This document shows positions 13,959 to 27,385 of a DNA stretch of 64,000 nt, piece after piece. The stretch is from the human T2T-CHM13v2.0 reference genome, Homo sapiens. Where the stretch lies: NCBI RefSeq assembly GCF_009914755.1, contig NC_060938.1; one strand, given 5' to 3'. The position numbers and the translations under genes were made by a program. Below the pieces are notes generated by a model. The model did not search any database, was not told where the DNA came from, and saw nothing but the letters and a program-made list of their open reading frames with translations. The number at the start of each line of letters is the position of its first letter. The stretch's first letter is position 1.

Positions 13959-14459
13959 TTATTTAAAAGCATTTTAAATTGATATTGTCAGGGGTCCTAC
14001 TGTTAAAGTCTACCAGTTAATTATGCTATGGCAGCAGGACCTACCTACATTTTATAACAGATTCATTGACAGGAGGCACAGCAACATAATTTAGAAAAAT
14101 AGAATCTAATGATTCTGTCTTTTTCAGTCAGCAGGAGGGGGGCTCCATGCAGACGCACAAACCTGTGTCTGCAAAGGTGCAAGTGATTTGTCACTCAACA
14201 GTTATAACTCTTTGGGAATATGGGCAGAGATTTGAGGGATTTAAATAATATAGAGGGATAGAAAAAGGTATTATTGACAAACAAAAGAAGACATATGTTT
14301 GAAAGGAGAGAAAAATAAAATGTTTCAGAAAGATAGGACTGCATTTGGGAATTGTTGCTAAAAATAATGTGTCTAATTTGAGTATTCTAGTCCTTTTGTT
14401 TTTATGGAGATGAATCATTTTGATTTGGACCTTTTTAATGTGGGTTGATTATAAATAAA

Positions 14460-14848
14460 TGCTATGGTTTGAATGTTTCCCCAGAAGGCATGTGTTGAAA
14501 ACACGTGTTGGTAATCTCCAATGCAACAGTGTTGGAAATCTCCAATGCAACAGTGTTGGAAGGCGGGGCCTAAGAGGAGGTGTTTAGGTCATGAGGGCTA
14601 CACCCTCAAGAAGAATAAGAGTTTGATATCGCAAGTTCGAGTTTGACCTCTTGCTTGCTCTCACCCTCTCTTGTCCTTCTGCATTCTATCACCTGCCATG
14701 GGATGATGCAGCAAGCAGGCCCTTGCAAGATATGAGCCCACTGACCTTAGATGTCTCACCTTCCAAAACTATAAAACACAAATCTCCATTCTTTATAAAT
14801 TTCTCAGTCTGGTATTCTCTTATAGGCAGCATAAAATGGACCAAAGCA
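14460..14848 (+). mobile_element. MST-type (MSTC/D-like) MaLR solo LTR with an internal 24-bp tandem duplication (14513-14560)
   Basis: tgctatggtttgaatgt...gtgtttaggtcatgagggc...tttataaatttctcagtctggtattc. Confidence 0.8.
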
Positions 14849-15159
14849 ATGAGAGCACATAGGTTGAGATTAAAAATACATATATATTATTTATTATAAC
14901 TTCAGTAAAATAACATTTAGAAGTGTATTTTCTGATTGATATTTACCATCTATGTTTTACATGATTGATGGGAATCCAGGGACCAGAATACATTTATCAT
15001 TAAACCCTATTTAAAAATCTGTCTTTATTCTTCAGTAATTCAGAAGGCTTTCGCAAACTTGCGGGTTGGCAAGGTTTTCTAGAATGATTCCTCAGTCAAA
15101 GTAGAGGTGAGAAGGACTGCTGATGAAAGTGCAGACTTAGGGTACCAATTTTTCTCTGT

Positions 15160-15256
15160 CCTTTCATGGAGCCAGAATAGTACTGCAGACACCCAACAAA
15201 CATGTTTTGATGGCTCTTTCACAGAAAAGTGCTATGCATCTTCATATGAGATTTGC
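15160..15256 (+). repeat. Copy 2 of the dispersed ~97-bp direct repeat
   Basis: See copy 1 at 13862-13958. Confidence 0.9.
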
Positions 15257-16888
15257 AGCATCATTCCTCTGAGATTTGTAGCATCACCACACAAGAGATA
15301 CTCGGGATTCGTCTCTGGAAGCCTCTCACCCAAGAAATAGCCCCACCTATGTACTCAAACACCACTAATTGTGGTGATTCTGCAGACAATGGGTTTCCTG
15401 GTGGCCATCAGCATTCAGTTTGGCTCACTTTTTTTGTCTGCATCTTATCCATGATTATAATCACAGATTCAAATCTTAAAACTTAAAAAGGATTGAACTC
15501 AAGTGTAGCAAACAGGGGGCTACATTGAAACACTGTGAGTTCAGAGGATACCTCTTTGTAGAGCAAGGACTTTACAACAGTCAAAATTTGTTAGTTTTCA
15601 TGGGTATTTTGTTTGGAATTCCTGTTCAAATAGCTTCAATAGAAGGAACAGCTTTTCTAATTTTTTTCTCAATAACTGGTCGGGCCTCGGGCCATTTAAA
15701 TTAAACACTTCAATAATACTAAAAAATCCTTTTACTTAGAGAGTTCCACTCAAATAAAGCAACAGGTTTAGCTTAAATTTCTGTTCTTCACTGTGATACT
15801 TAGCTTATGGTACTTCAGAAAATACATAACCACATGTGTCCTTCTCCATCTGCTCCTGTCCACCACCCACAAAACATTTTTGCCCCATGTGTTAGTCTTT
15901 ATTCTTAGCCTGTTGCTTTCCATCATAATCTATTTTCTTAAACTGTACTAGACAGGGATTCTATTGCTCCCTTCTTTGGTCATACTTTTGTATTATTATC
16001 AAGACCATGTAGAAATGGCAGTGCTGCAACATGAATTTTTAACTTTGGGGATTTTTCTTACCGTGGTACTACTTTCAAGGGGAGGGCTGTTTGATTTTGT
16101 TAGATAATTATTGAATTCCATTTTGTCTGGGAGTTTTCTTATGAATAAATGATGTTGAAAGAACATAAATGAGTTTGACCTGCAATGTTAAAGGAATGTT
16201 TAGTAAATATATTACCCCACATACGCTGTAAAAAAATCTCAACATGTCCTTTCAATAATTTGGGTGTTTCACAATGAAAATAAAAAAATTTAGGTTTCAA
16301 AAAAATCTGCAGTCTTTGGCCTTTATTATGTCTCTTCTTATTCAAAAAGAAAATATATTTTTTATAATTATGTGAAAGCATTTTTAAATGATTGTGGGAA
16401 AATTTACATATGGGACATCTATCCATCTATCTGTATGCTAATAAAAAATGGGCAAATCTGAGGATAACAAAATACATCAAAATAAGGCTTAATGCTATGA
16501 GTAAATAAAACATAACAAATGGAATTAAAATCCCCATAGCATACAATTGAGTCTCATTGCTTCAGAGAAAATTCCAACCCTTTGCAAGTATCTACCAGAA
16601 ATTTTCATGTCGTGCTGAAGTTAATATTCAGGGAATGGTGTCTATATCCTTCTATCTTCAGCCTTATCACCTGCTTTCTGTTCCACTTAACTTTAAGAAA
16701 GTGTCTCCAGTAATATAAAGTTTGATATGCTTCTTCTAGAACACAATCAATTTCATTATTCTACATCCTCTGACACATATGAAAATATAATGGAAAGCAA
16801 ACATAAAGAGAGAAAGACTCCCAGAATTTTAACCAAAATTCCTCAAGTGTAGTTTTGTCTTTGTTTAGGATAAGACTAATGGTATTTA

Positions 16889-18992
<2,104 letters not shown>

Positions 18993-19361
18993 TAAATGTA
19001 CGTGTCACAATTTAAATTCTGAATGTTTCTTTATATAATAAGAAAAATACTAGAATACAACATAAATGATGGGCCTGCATTTTCACATCCAGGCAAATAT
19101 TTTCATAAAAAGGTAATTTTTTTGAAAAGTGCAATAGGGTGGCTGGCTTATAAAACATAATTATATTACTATTGCTTTTCAATATGACTATAATAACAGT
19201 CATACAATTTATAAAGAACCCTATCAGATCTGCAAAAGAAATTACATAGGAAAAAGTAAAACCTACAAAAAAGTCAACTAACACTTAACTTAAAATGATA
19301 AAACTATCATTTTAAGGAGACGATATAATGAATGGGAAGAAAATTCCTGGTTGCAGATTTC

Positions 19362-19757
19362 TGGTGAGTTTTATGTATATACTTAGTTAGTTTATAGCAT
19401 CTAGTTATTCAATCAAATACTCATCTATGTGTTGGTGTGAAGGTACTTTGTAGATGTGGTTAACATCTACAATCAGTTGACTTTAAGTAAAGGAGGTTTT
19501 TCTTGATAATATGGTGGGGTTTGTCCAATAAGTTGAAAAGCTTTAAGAGCAAAACTGAGGTTTTCCTCAGGAAGATAAACTCCCTGAAGACTACAGTGTC
19601 ACCTCTTGCCTGGGAGTTCTAGGCTGCCAGAATGACCTATGGAGTCCATAAGCCAATCCTTAAGCATATGCTAATTCCTTGAAAAAAACATAATAAATAT
19701 GTGTATCTCCTTGTATATCCTGCTTGTTCTATTTGTAAGGAGAACCTTGACTGATAT
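19362..19757 (+). mobile_element. MLT2 (MLT2D-like) ERVL LTR
   Basis: gtgtgaaggtactttgtagatgtggttaacatctacaatcagttgactttaagtaaagg...agaaccttgactgata. Confidence 0.8.
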
Positions 19758-20131
19758 TGTGTTAGTCCATTCTCACGCTGCTAATAAAGACATACCTGAG
19801 ACTGGGTGATTTATAAAGGAAAAAGGTTTAATTGACTCACAGTTCAGCATGGTTGAGGAGGCCTCAGGAAACTTGCAATTATGGCAGAAGGGGAAGCAAA
19901 CATCTTTTTTTCATGAGGCAACAGCAAGAAGAAGTGCTGAGTAAAAGAGGGTAAAGGCTCATATAAAACCATCAGATCTAGTGAGAAATCACTCACTATA
20001 GTGAGAATAAAATGAGGGTAACTGCCTCTATGATTAAGTTACCTCCCATGGGTCCCTTCCACAACACGTGGGGATTATGGGAACTATAATTCAAGACGAG
20101 CTTTAGGTGGGTACACAGCCAAACCACATCA
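19758..20131 (-). mobile_element. THE1D-like solo LTR
   Basis: tgtgttagtccattctcacgctgctaataaagacatacctgagactggg...acacagccaaaccacatca; TSD gatat/gacat. Confidence 0.9.
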
Positions 20132-20329
20132 GACATGACATAGCAGTGTTTAGTAGTGTGATGATACTAATCTATCCCAGAAATATATACATATTTAACT
20201 GTATTCTAGTTAAATAAATCTGCAATATGAACAAATTTGACAGAAGCTTAACTAGATAATATTGAAAGAGTGTAAATATACAAAGGTACAATAGACAAAC
20301 TGTATATGACTGTATATGACTCAACAATC

Positions 20330-20695
20330 TCTGTAAAAACTAGCTGGGGAAGTCAATCTACAACTTCTGTAGCTTTTTTTTTTTCTTTTCTTTTAGGAAC
20401 AGACAGGACTTGTTGAACTATTGTTGACTTTGCCCCTGCTTCCAGCTCAGTAAAAACAGATTAAGCCAAATATGCTTCCAAAACTAATCACATGGAATGC
20501 CTTACTTCTAATTAGTGTTCTCCAGCTTCCTCTTTTTCTCTCTCTCTTTCTCTCTCTCACTGTAAAGGCTTCCCTCTCCTTTGCCTCCTTTCAGTTTCTG
20601 CCAAATCTAAATTATGAAGGCTGATTCCCTTATTACAGCAAGCTCCCAATAAAGAGACTCTGTTCTTATTTGAGTAGCTTTCATTTATTTCCCCA
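20330..20695 (+). mobile_element. ERV1 LTR (MER34-like), partial
   Basis: ttgactttgcccctgcttcc...cagcaagctcccaataaa...tttatttcccca, directly upstream of retroviral internal sequence. Confidence 0.6.
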
Positions 20696-23600
20696 GTTCT
20701 CCTGGAGCTTCCATAGAGATACAGTCTGCATTGCCTCTAGACATGGACTCCAGCCTTTAAACAGGTGTGACATTCACAGAGGTCGCTTGTGTCTTGCTGC
20801 TTTGCTCATGGCTTGTGGGGTCCCTGCCTATGTGCCACGTCAGCATCAGGTCTGAACTTTACTCTCTTTGCCTTAAATTCCATAGCTATTTATTCTCATT
20901 TTGGTAGCTAGATTTTTTTTTTTTTTGGTTCTAATTTGTTTAACATCCTTGGTAGAATCAGGCAATTCCTTTATATCCACTTTTGCTCTCTTTTGTGCTT
21001 TTATTTTTGTGTTGTTCTATCTAACAGTGTTACATGTCGTAAGGAGAAACACAAGTTGAATCGCAGCTCAGAACCAAGCATAAGCCTGTGGTTAAATCTG
21101 GTCTTGCAGACTGGTATATTTGTGGTCCTCTCCTAACTGGCATCCATGTGAACAAACTGCAGTGGGTCACCAGTAAAACTGGATAAAGTTCTCCTTTTAT
21201 TTCTGATATTTGGTCTGAGAGCTTGGCTATGATACAGAGAGTACATTTTTTTTTTCTGGTTTTTCATCTGCTAAGGATCCAGATTGTCAGGTCTGTGTTC
21301 TGAGGTGGCCAGCAATGGAGTTGAGGGTTTAAGTACATAAGTATTGCTTTAGACTTAGCATTGACACTTCTCATGGGATATTCTAAATGGTATCATCCTC
21401 CAGGAAAAATCTTCTGTTTCTTACATGTTTCTATCTCATTATAATTCTGATTTTTGTTTCTGTCTCTCTAAATGACATAATTTCAATAAGACTGATTTGG
21501 CCACTCTGGGAAACACTTAACTTGAACTAATTGTTTATTTGGAAGTCTCCTTAGAAAAGGAAGGAGATAAGATTCCTCAGGCCCCAATGGACAGCAATAT
21601 GTATTAGTACACAGAGCTCTCCAAATATAACCCTGATTAAAAAATTGCTTTGTTGAAAAGAATCCTTGGCCAAATCTAACAAGCAATTTGACAAACTTAA
21701 GCAACAACAAACTAGATTCATTTCCTTGGTGAATCCTGCCCCTACTTGTGCTCCAGTTGTCTTTCTATATTGAGCTCGCCTGCTTCTCGCTATGCTCTAA
21801 TTTGTCTTTTTTCCACCGCTCTACTCCCCTTCCCCTTGTCCTGACCCTCCACCTTTTCCAACAGCTCTTCTAAGATCTCCCAATGCCAGTTGCCTCTAAA
21901 GATTCATCCTCCCATGCGCCAGGTAGCAGGCAGATAAGGAATTTAAATCTTTTATCTCAGCTGAATTAAGACTGGTAATTAAGAATTTCCCTGAATCCAG
22001 ATAAAATCAACCACTATTCATAGAATAATTTAGAACGTTTCAGTGCCTATGACCCAGTGTTACCTGAAGTTGTGATCAACTTCTACACATGTTGATCAGA
22101 ACCTGAGAAACCGAATCCTGAGCATAAAAGCTGATTGAATTGACCTGGAAAGAGATAACCGGGATCCCTCTTTTCAAAATATACTTGAAGATCAAAAAAA
22201 GTTTCAGAAGGTAGAATAGAGGCTCTTAAAACTGCACTCAAACATTTCTAATGAAAATTGATTGAAACATAATTAAATCATGCAAACAAGTAGAAAATGG
22301 AACTATAGAATATTTTGAGATAAATTGGGAAATAATTTCTACTTTTTGGTGTTACAGAAGCTGCTGATATAAAAGTGGTCCTTTCATCTTACTTTGTCAA
22401 TAAAATTAAACCTGAAGTTTGAAACCTAATTTTAAAAAACAGGATTAAAATGAAAAATAGCCTTTTTATCTGAACTACAATACTCAAAAAAAAGAAAAAC
22501 ATTTTAAAGGAACTTTAGAACAAAAATCAGACAGGACTCAAAATAAACGTGTTGTTCTACAGATTAAATAGCTAGGTGGCCTACTTCTGAACCAAGCACT
22601 TATTGAGCAGGACACTTGTAGCTATTGTAAACAGGAGGAACACTGGAACAAAAAAGATTCTCTCATATTACAAAAGAGAAATCAGGATGAAAAAAGTCTT
22701 TTTATAGATCAAAGAGGGTACTTCAAGAAAGAAAAAGAGCTCAGATCCTGCCTTACACTTAAACAATCAAGGTGAATTAACTATAAACATAGATGGTCAA
22801 ACTTATCAATCTCTGATTTATAAAGGTGTAACTCTTTTTATATTAAATACTGCTATCTTTGTTCCACTTCTTACTCAAAGTAAGCATACCACACTGGGTA
22901 TAGGTATTTCAAATAACCAACAGATTTTCTCTGTCTCCTAACCATTAACTATCACCCTCCAGTCCATGAGTGAATATATTTCTTCCTGCTGTGTGATATC
23001 ATACCTAAAAATTTAATAAGGAATGGCTTAAGTTGTAAACGAAATTGCACATTTATACCAGAAGGACTATTTCTTAAGTTTTAGACTCAGGATTCCTCTA
23101 CTCATAATCAAATTGTCTTCTTTGTACATATTTTTGTCTTCACTATTACATTTGATACATTCTCCAAAGATCTTGACATCACATCTGATAGACAAGGTGC
23201 TAAAAATTTCACTGACATAGAAAAATAATTGATGCGGAACCCATTAAGTTTCAAATAGAGTCTACTAAAGTGCTACCCAAACTTGCCCAAATCCTTTAAA
23301 ACCAGAAGTAAAGGAAGGATCAAACCTGTAATGGAAGTTTGTATACCTGAAGACTTACTTTATCATGCACTGCATTAGTTCTTGTTACTTTCCTGTCCTT
23401 TCAGAAAATAAGCCAAATAATGGAGGAAAACTATTTGTTCCAGGAAAGAAACCAAATGAATGAAGAAATCGACCTGTTCTTGATCTCAGGGTCACCAACA
23501 AAATTATAATGCTTCACTTCCCCATAGTATGAAAGCCAAATGCCATCTTATCATCAATTCTGCCTGAAGCTACTACCTTTACTGTACATATCTTTTCTCT

Positions 23601-24039
23601 GCCTTTGTTCCATGTGCCTTTAGACTAGGAGAATCACTAACTTTTTGCCTTCATCTGGGGAAGACAACAATATACCTAACAGTTGTGCCCAGGGGTCCAC
23701 TGAAGGCCCCTGCTATTTTTCCCAGGTCCTCAATCAAAACTTAAAAGATCTAAATTTCCTTTGATTCAGTTCTCATACCATATGTAAATGATCTTCTACT
23801 TTCTTCAGATAACAGGTACAGACAACAATTTGTAAAATGAATTTCATTTACTTGCTTTTGGCCTTAGCTAACAAAGGAAGCATATGTTTCAAAAGAAAAA
23901 GTATAATTTCATCCCACAGTCCATTATTTAGGGCATGACTTTAATAAGGAAAAATAGATTAAGAATGTCCAAACTTATTATAGGCCCCTTAAATGTAATA
24001 GTTGAGATGATTTCTAGGTTTAATGGGATATGGCAAAAA
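20696..24039 (+). mobile_element. Decayed ERV1 (gamma-like) internal region: leader, gag, pro, 5' pol
   Basis: Zinc-knuckle remnant CSYCKQEEHW (22617-22646), protease-like LIYKGVT (~22814), RT remnants VVPRGSTEGP (~23682), YVNDLLL (23781-23801), FLGLMGY (~24011); many stops and frameshifts. Confidence 0.8.
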
Positions 24040-24097
24040 CTGCATAGAATAAATCTCAAATACATACTCTGCATAGAATAAATCTCAAATACATACT
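24040..24097 (+). repeat. Perfect 29-bp tandem duplication at the ERV/L1 junction
   Basis: ctgcatagaataaatctcaaatacatact x2. Confidence 0.95.
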
Positions 24098-24099
24098 AA

Positions 24100-27000
24100 C
24101 ACACACCCCTACGCATATTGTATTTAAACTACAGAAAAGAAAATGCAAAAGGAAAATCTTGAAGGCCAGAGACAGAAAACCAGCTTAGATGTAAAGAAAC
24201 AAGGATAAGAATTACAGCAAACTTTCTGTCAGAAATCATGCAAGCAAGAAGACAGTGGAGTAAAATATTTAAATTGTTGAAAGAAAAATAAACACCAACC
24301 TGGAATTCTATAATCAGTGAAATCATTCTTCAAAGTGAAGAAGAAATAAGTGCTTTTTTTCAGATAAACAAAATGAAGAGAATTTATTGCTAGTAGACTT
24401 TTGTTGAAAGAAATGTTAAGATGTTCTTCAAGCAGGAGAGAAATTATATGTATATATGCATAATATATTATATATACTCATATATATGTTTAATATTTAA
24501 TTATAAATTTATAATATTTAATGTTATATTAAATATATAATTACATTATATTATATATAATTGTATATATATGACTAGTGAATGCTTCTCCTCTACAATG
24601 AGAGGTCAAAGATAGTCTCTTTCAGCACTTTTCTTCATTATGATACTGAACTCTCTAGGTAATGGAAAAATCTTAAAAATAAATTTTACACATTGGAGAG
24701 AAGTAATAAACTATATTTTCTTCATAGATGATATGTTATTCTATGTAGAAGACTCCAAAGATACCTTAACCTTTTACAAAAATTAAGTAAATATTTACTA
24801 TAGTACTAAATGTAAAATGTAAAATTATAAAACTTTCAAAAGAAACCATAAGAAAAATTCTATGAATTCTATGTGGCTTTGGGTTTGATGATAAGCTTTC
24901 ATATATAACACCAAGGGTGAAACTAAGAAATTTGATGAATTTGACTTTATTAAATTTAAAATCTGCCTCGCAAAATACACTGTTAAGAGGATGATAAGAC
25001 AAATCAAACAGTGGAAGAAAATATTTGTAAAACAAACATCTGACAAAACATTTGTATCCAAAATATACAAATAACTGTTAAAACTCAACATTAAGAAAAC
25101 AAAAATGCATTCAGAAATGAGAACAGTATCTGAACAGATGCCTCAGCAAAAATATGTACAGATGGAAAATAAGCATATGAAGAGATGTTCAACATATTTT
25201 GTCATGATAGAATTGCTATTTAAACAATGAGATACCACTGTGTACCTATTGGAATGTCTAAAATCCAAAAACTAACAGCAGTTGCTGGTGTGGATATGGA
25301 TCAACAGGAACTAAGAGTTTTCATTCAGTGGTGGAAATGCAAAATGGTACAGACACCTTGGAAGACAGGTTGGCAGCTTCATATGAAGTCAACATAATCT
25401 TATATGATTCAGCCATTGTGCACTCCCAACTTATTTAAAAGCTTATGCCCACAAAAAAATCCTATACACAAATGTTTGTAGGAGCTGTATACACTATCAC
25501 TAAACAATGGAAACGACACAAATGACCTTAAATAGGTGAACAGATAAACTGGTAGATCCACCAAATGAAATGCTATTTAGCAATAAAAAGGGATAGCAAT
25601 CACGCCATGCAAAGACATGTATAAATCTTAAAATCTGTATTACCATTAAAAGAAATAAGACTGTAGGGCTATATGCCATATGATTCCATTCATGTGGTTG
25701 TAGAGTTAGAGTTGGTAAACACATCAGTTGTTGCCAGGGATTTGGTGAAGGAGTTGAGTTGTTTAGGTGAAGCACATAGTATTCTTAGGAATTCATACTG
25801 CAGCAAGAATATCTAAATATACTAAAAATGATTGAAATAACCTTACTGAAGGGAAGGGAGGATATCTGCTGACTTAAGTAGCACTGGAGATGAATGGAGC
25901 CTCTAAGACTGAAGGCAAAATAAACTGCACATGAACACTGTATTCTGGTTGTTCATCTGTTCCCACTGGAGTATGGTTTTAAAATTCTGAAACCACTATA
26001 CACTTTTTGCATACAGGAATGAAACAAGTAAATGTATGGAAGATGGAGAAAGCTACTGCTGAAGCGAGAGTTTAAAGACAAACAAGGGGAGAAAGCTAGA
26101 GTGACCCATGTGGTAATGAATAAGGGTTGGAAACATCAGTATGAACTCATGTTTATCTTAATATGGATAAAGATGGATCCATATGGAAATGTTTATAGAT
26201 ATGTGTATATATGTGTGTTAGTATAAACATGTATTTTTCTCTATCAGCTGAGAGTGCCTAGAAACAATGATATCCAAATATTAACCAACATCCAGAATTC
26301 ATATCTTGGTTGCTAAGACCCTTCTCCAATAGTAGGAACCAGAATCATTTAGAGAAATGATTGATCCTAGGACTGAAGATGAAAATATACCAGATGAGCT
26401 TGGAGCATCCTATTGTACCAGAAAGTAATAATGTGCTAAAGCAACAACAACAACAACAACAACAGCAGCAGCAGCAACAACTCATAGTCATAAGAATACG
26501 TCAAAGGGACACAGGGACAACAGAGGTACCATCTGAAAGACTCCCTACAGCTAGACCTGGAAAAATTTGGGTAACATTTCTTTAATTTGTTTTAAATTAT
26601 AACTCAAAATATAAAATAAGTATCCATGAGATCATACTGCCATACATAAGTGATTTAAAAAGTAAATAATTGGAGTAACAAATTAATGTCTTTTTTGGTT
26701 TGATTTCAATTATTTTATGTGGAAACTCTATTCTCAAAGAGGTGGAATATAACTTCTGTTCCCTTATGTATGGACCGTGTATAGTGATTTTTACCTAAAG
26801 AACACCATATGGAAAGGGAGAAGAAAAGAATAAGTTTACAGTAGAGAAGCCTGTGAAATACTACCTCAGCCGGTGGTCGAAGTCAATATCAATGGTGATA
26901 AATTATTTTGATAGAATGTACCTTTGATACAATGTGATAAAAAGAACACTTTAACTCTTTGATCTTCTTCCACTCAAAATACAATCCAAGTTAATAATGA

Positions 27001-27385
27001 GAAAAAGCATAAGCAAACTCAATTGAGGAACATTCTACAAAGTACTTGATCAGTTCTCAAAACTGTCAAGATTATCAAAAGCAAAACTAGTCTGGAAAAC
27101 TGTCCCAATCAAAAAGGGCCTAAGGAGACATGACAGCTAAATGGAACATGATATCCTAGACAGGATAACTTAACAGAAAAAAGGACTTAGTAAAAACTGG
27201 GGAAATATGAATAAATTATACATTTTGAGTTAATTACGTATCAGAATTGGTCCTTTAGTTGTGACAAATATGCCATAGTAATGTAAGATTTTAACAACAG
27301 GCAAAAACTGTGTACCTATGGGAACTCTTTGTATTATCTTCTCAACTATTCTGTCAATCTAAAAAATTCGAATATAAAACATTTA
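24100..27385 (+). mobile_element. Old L1M (L1MD/MC-like) fragments: ORF1, ORF2 and 3' UTR pieces, with AT-rich tract at 24445-24572
   Basis: A-rich L1 signatures (atcatgcaagcaagaagacagtggag, atgagataccac, gggaactctttgtattatctt). Confidence 0.75.
26442..26480 (+). repeat. (CAA)7(CAG)4(CAA)2 microsatellite
   Basis: Read directly from the sequence. Confidence 0.95.

Noticed and set aside
13511-13972. 153-aa minus-strand ORF in unique DNA overlapping direct-repeat copy 1
   Set aside because: No recognisable domain, AT-biased composition, and the equivalent frame in copy 2 contains a TAG stop; most likely a chance ORF.
15107-15340. Plus-strand ORF through repeat copy 2, or a C/D snoRNA (TGATGA at 15121, CTGA near 15269)
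   Set aside because: The same frame in copy 1 has a stop and a local frameshift; there is no terminal stem and the boxes are not conserved in copy 1.
26361-26585. Poly-glutamine ORF
   Set aside because: It is a CAA/CAG microsatellite inside an old L1 3' region with no exon evidence.
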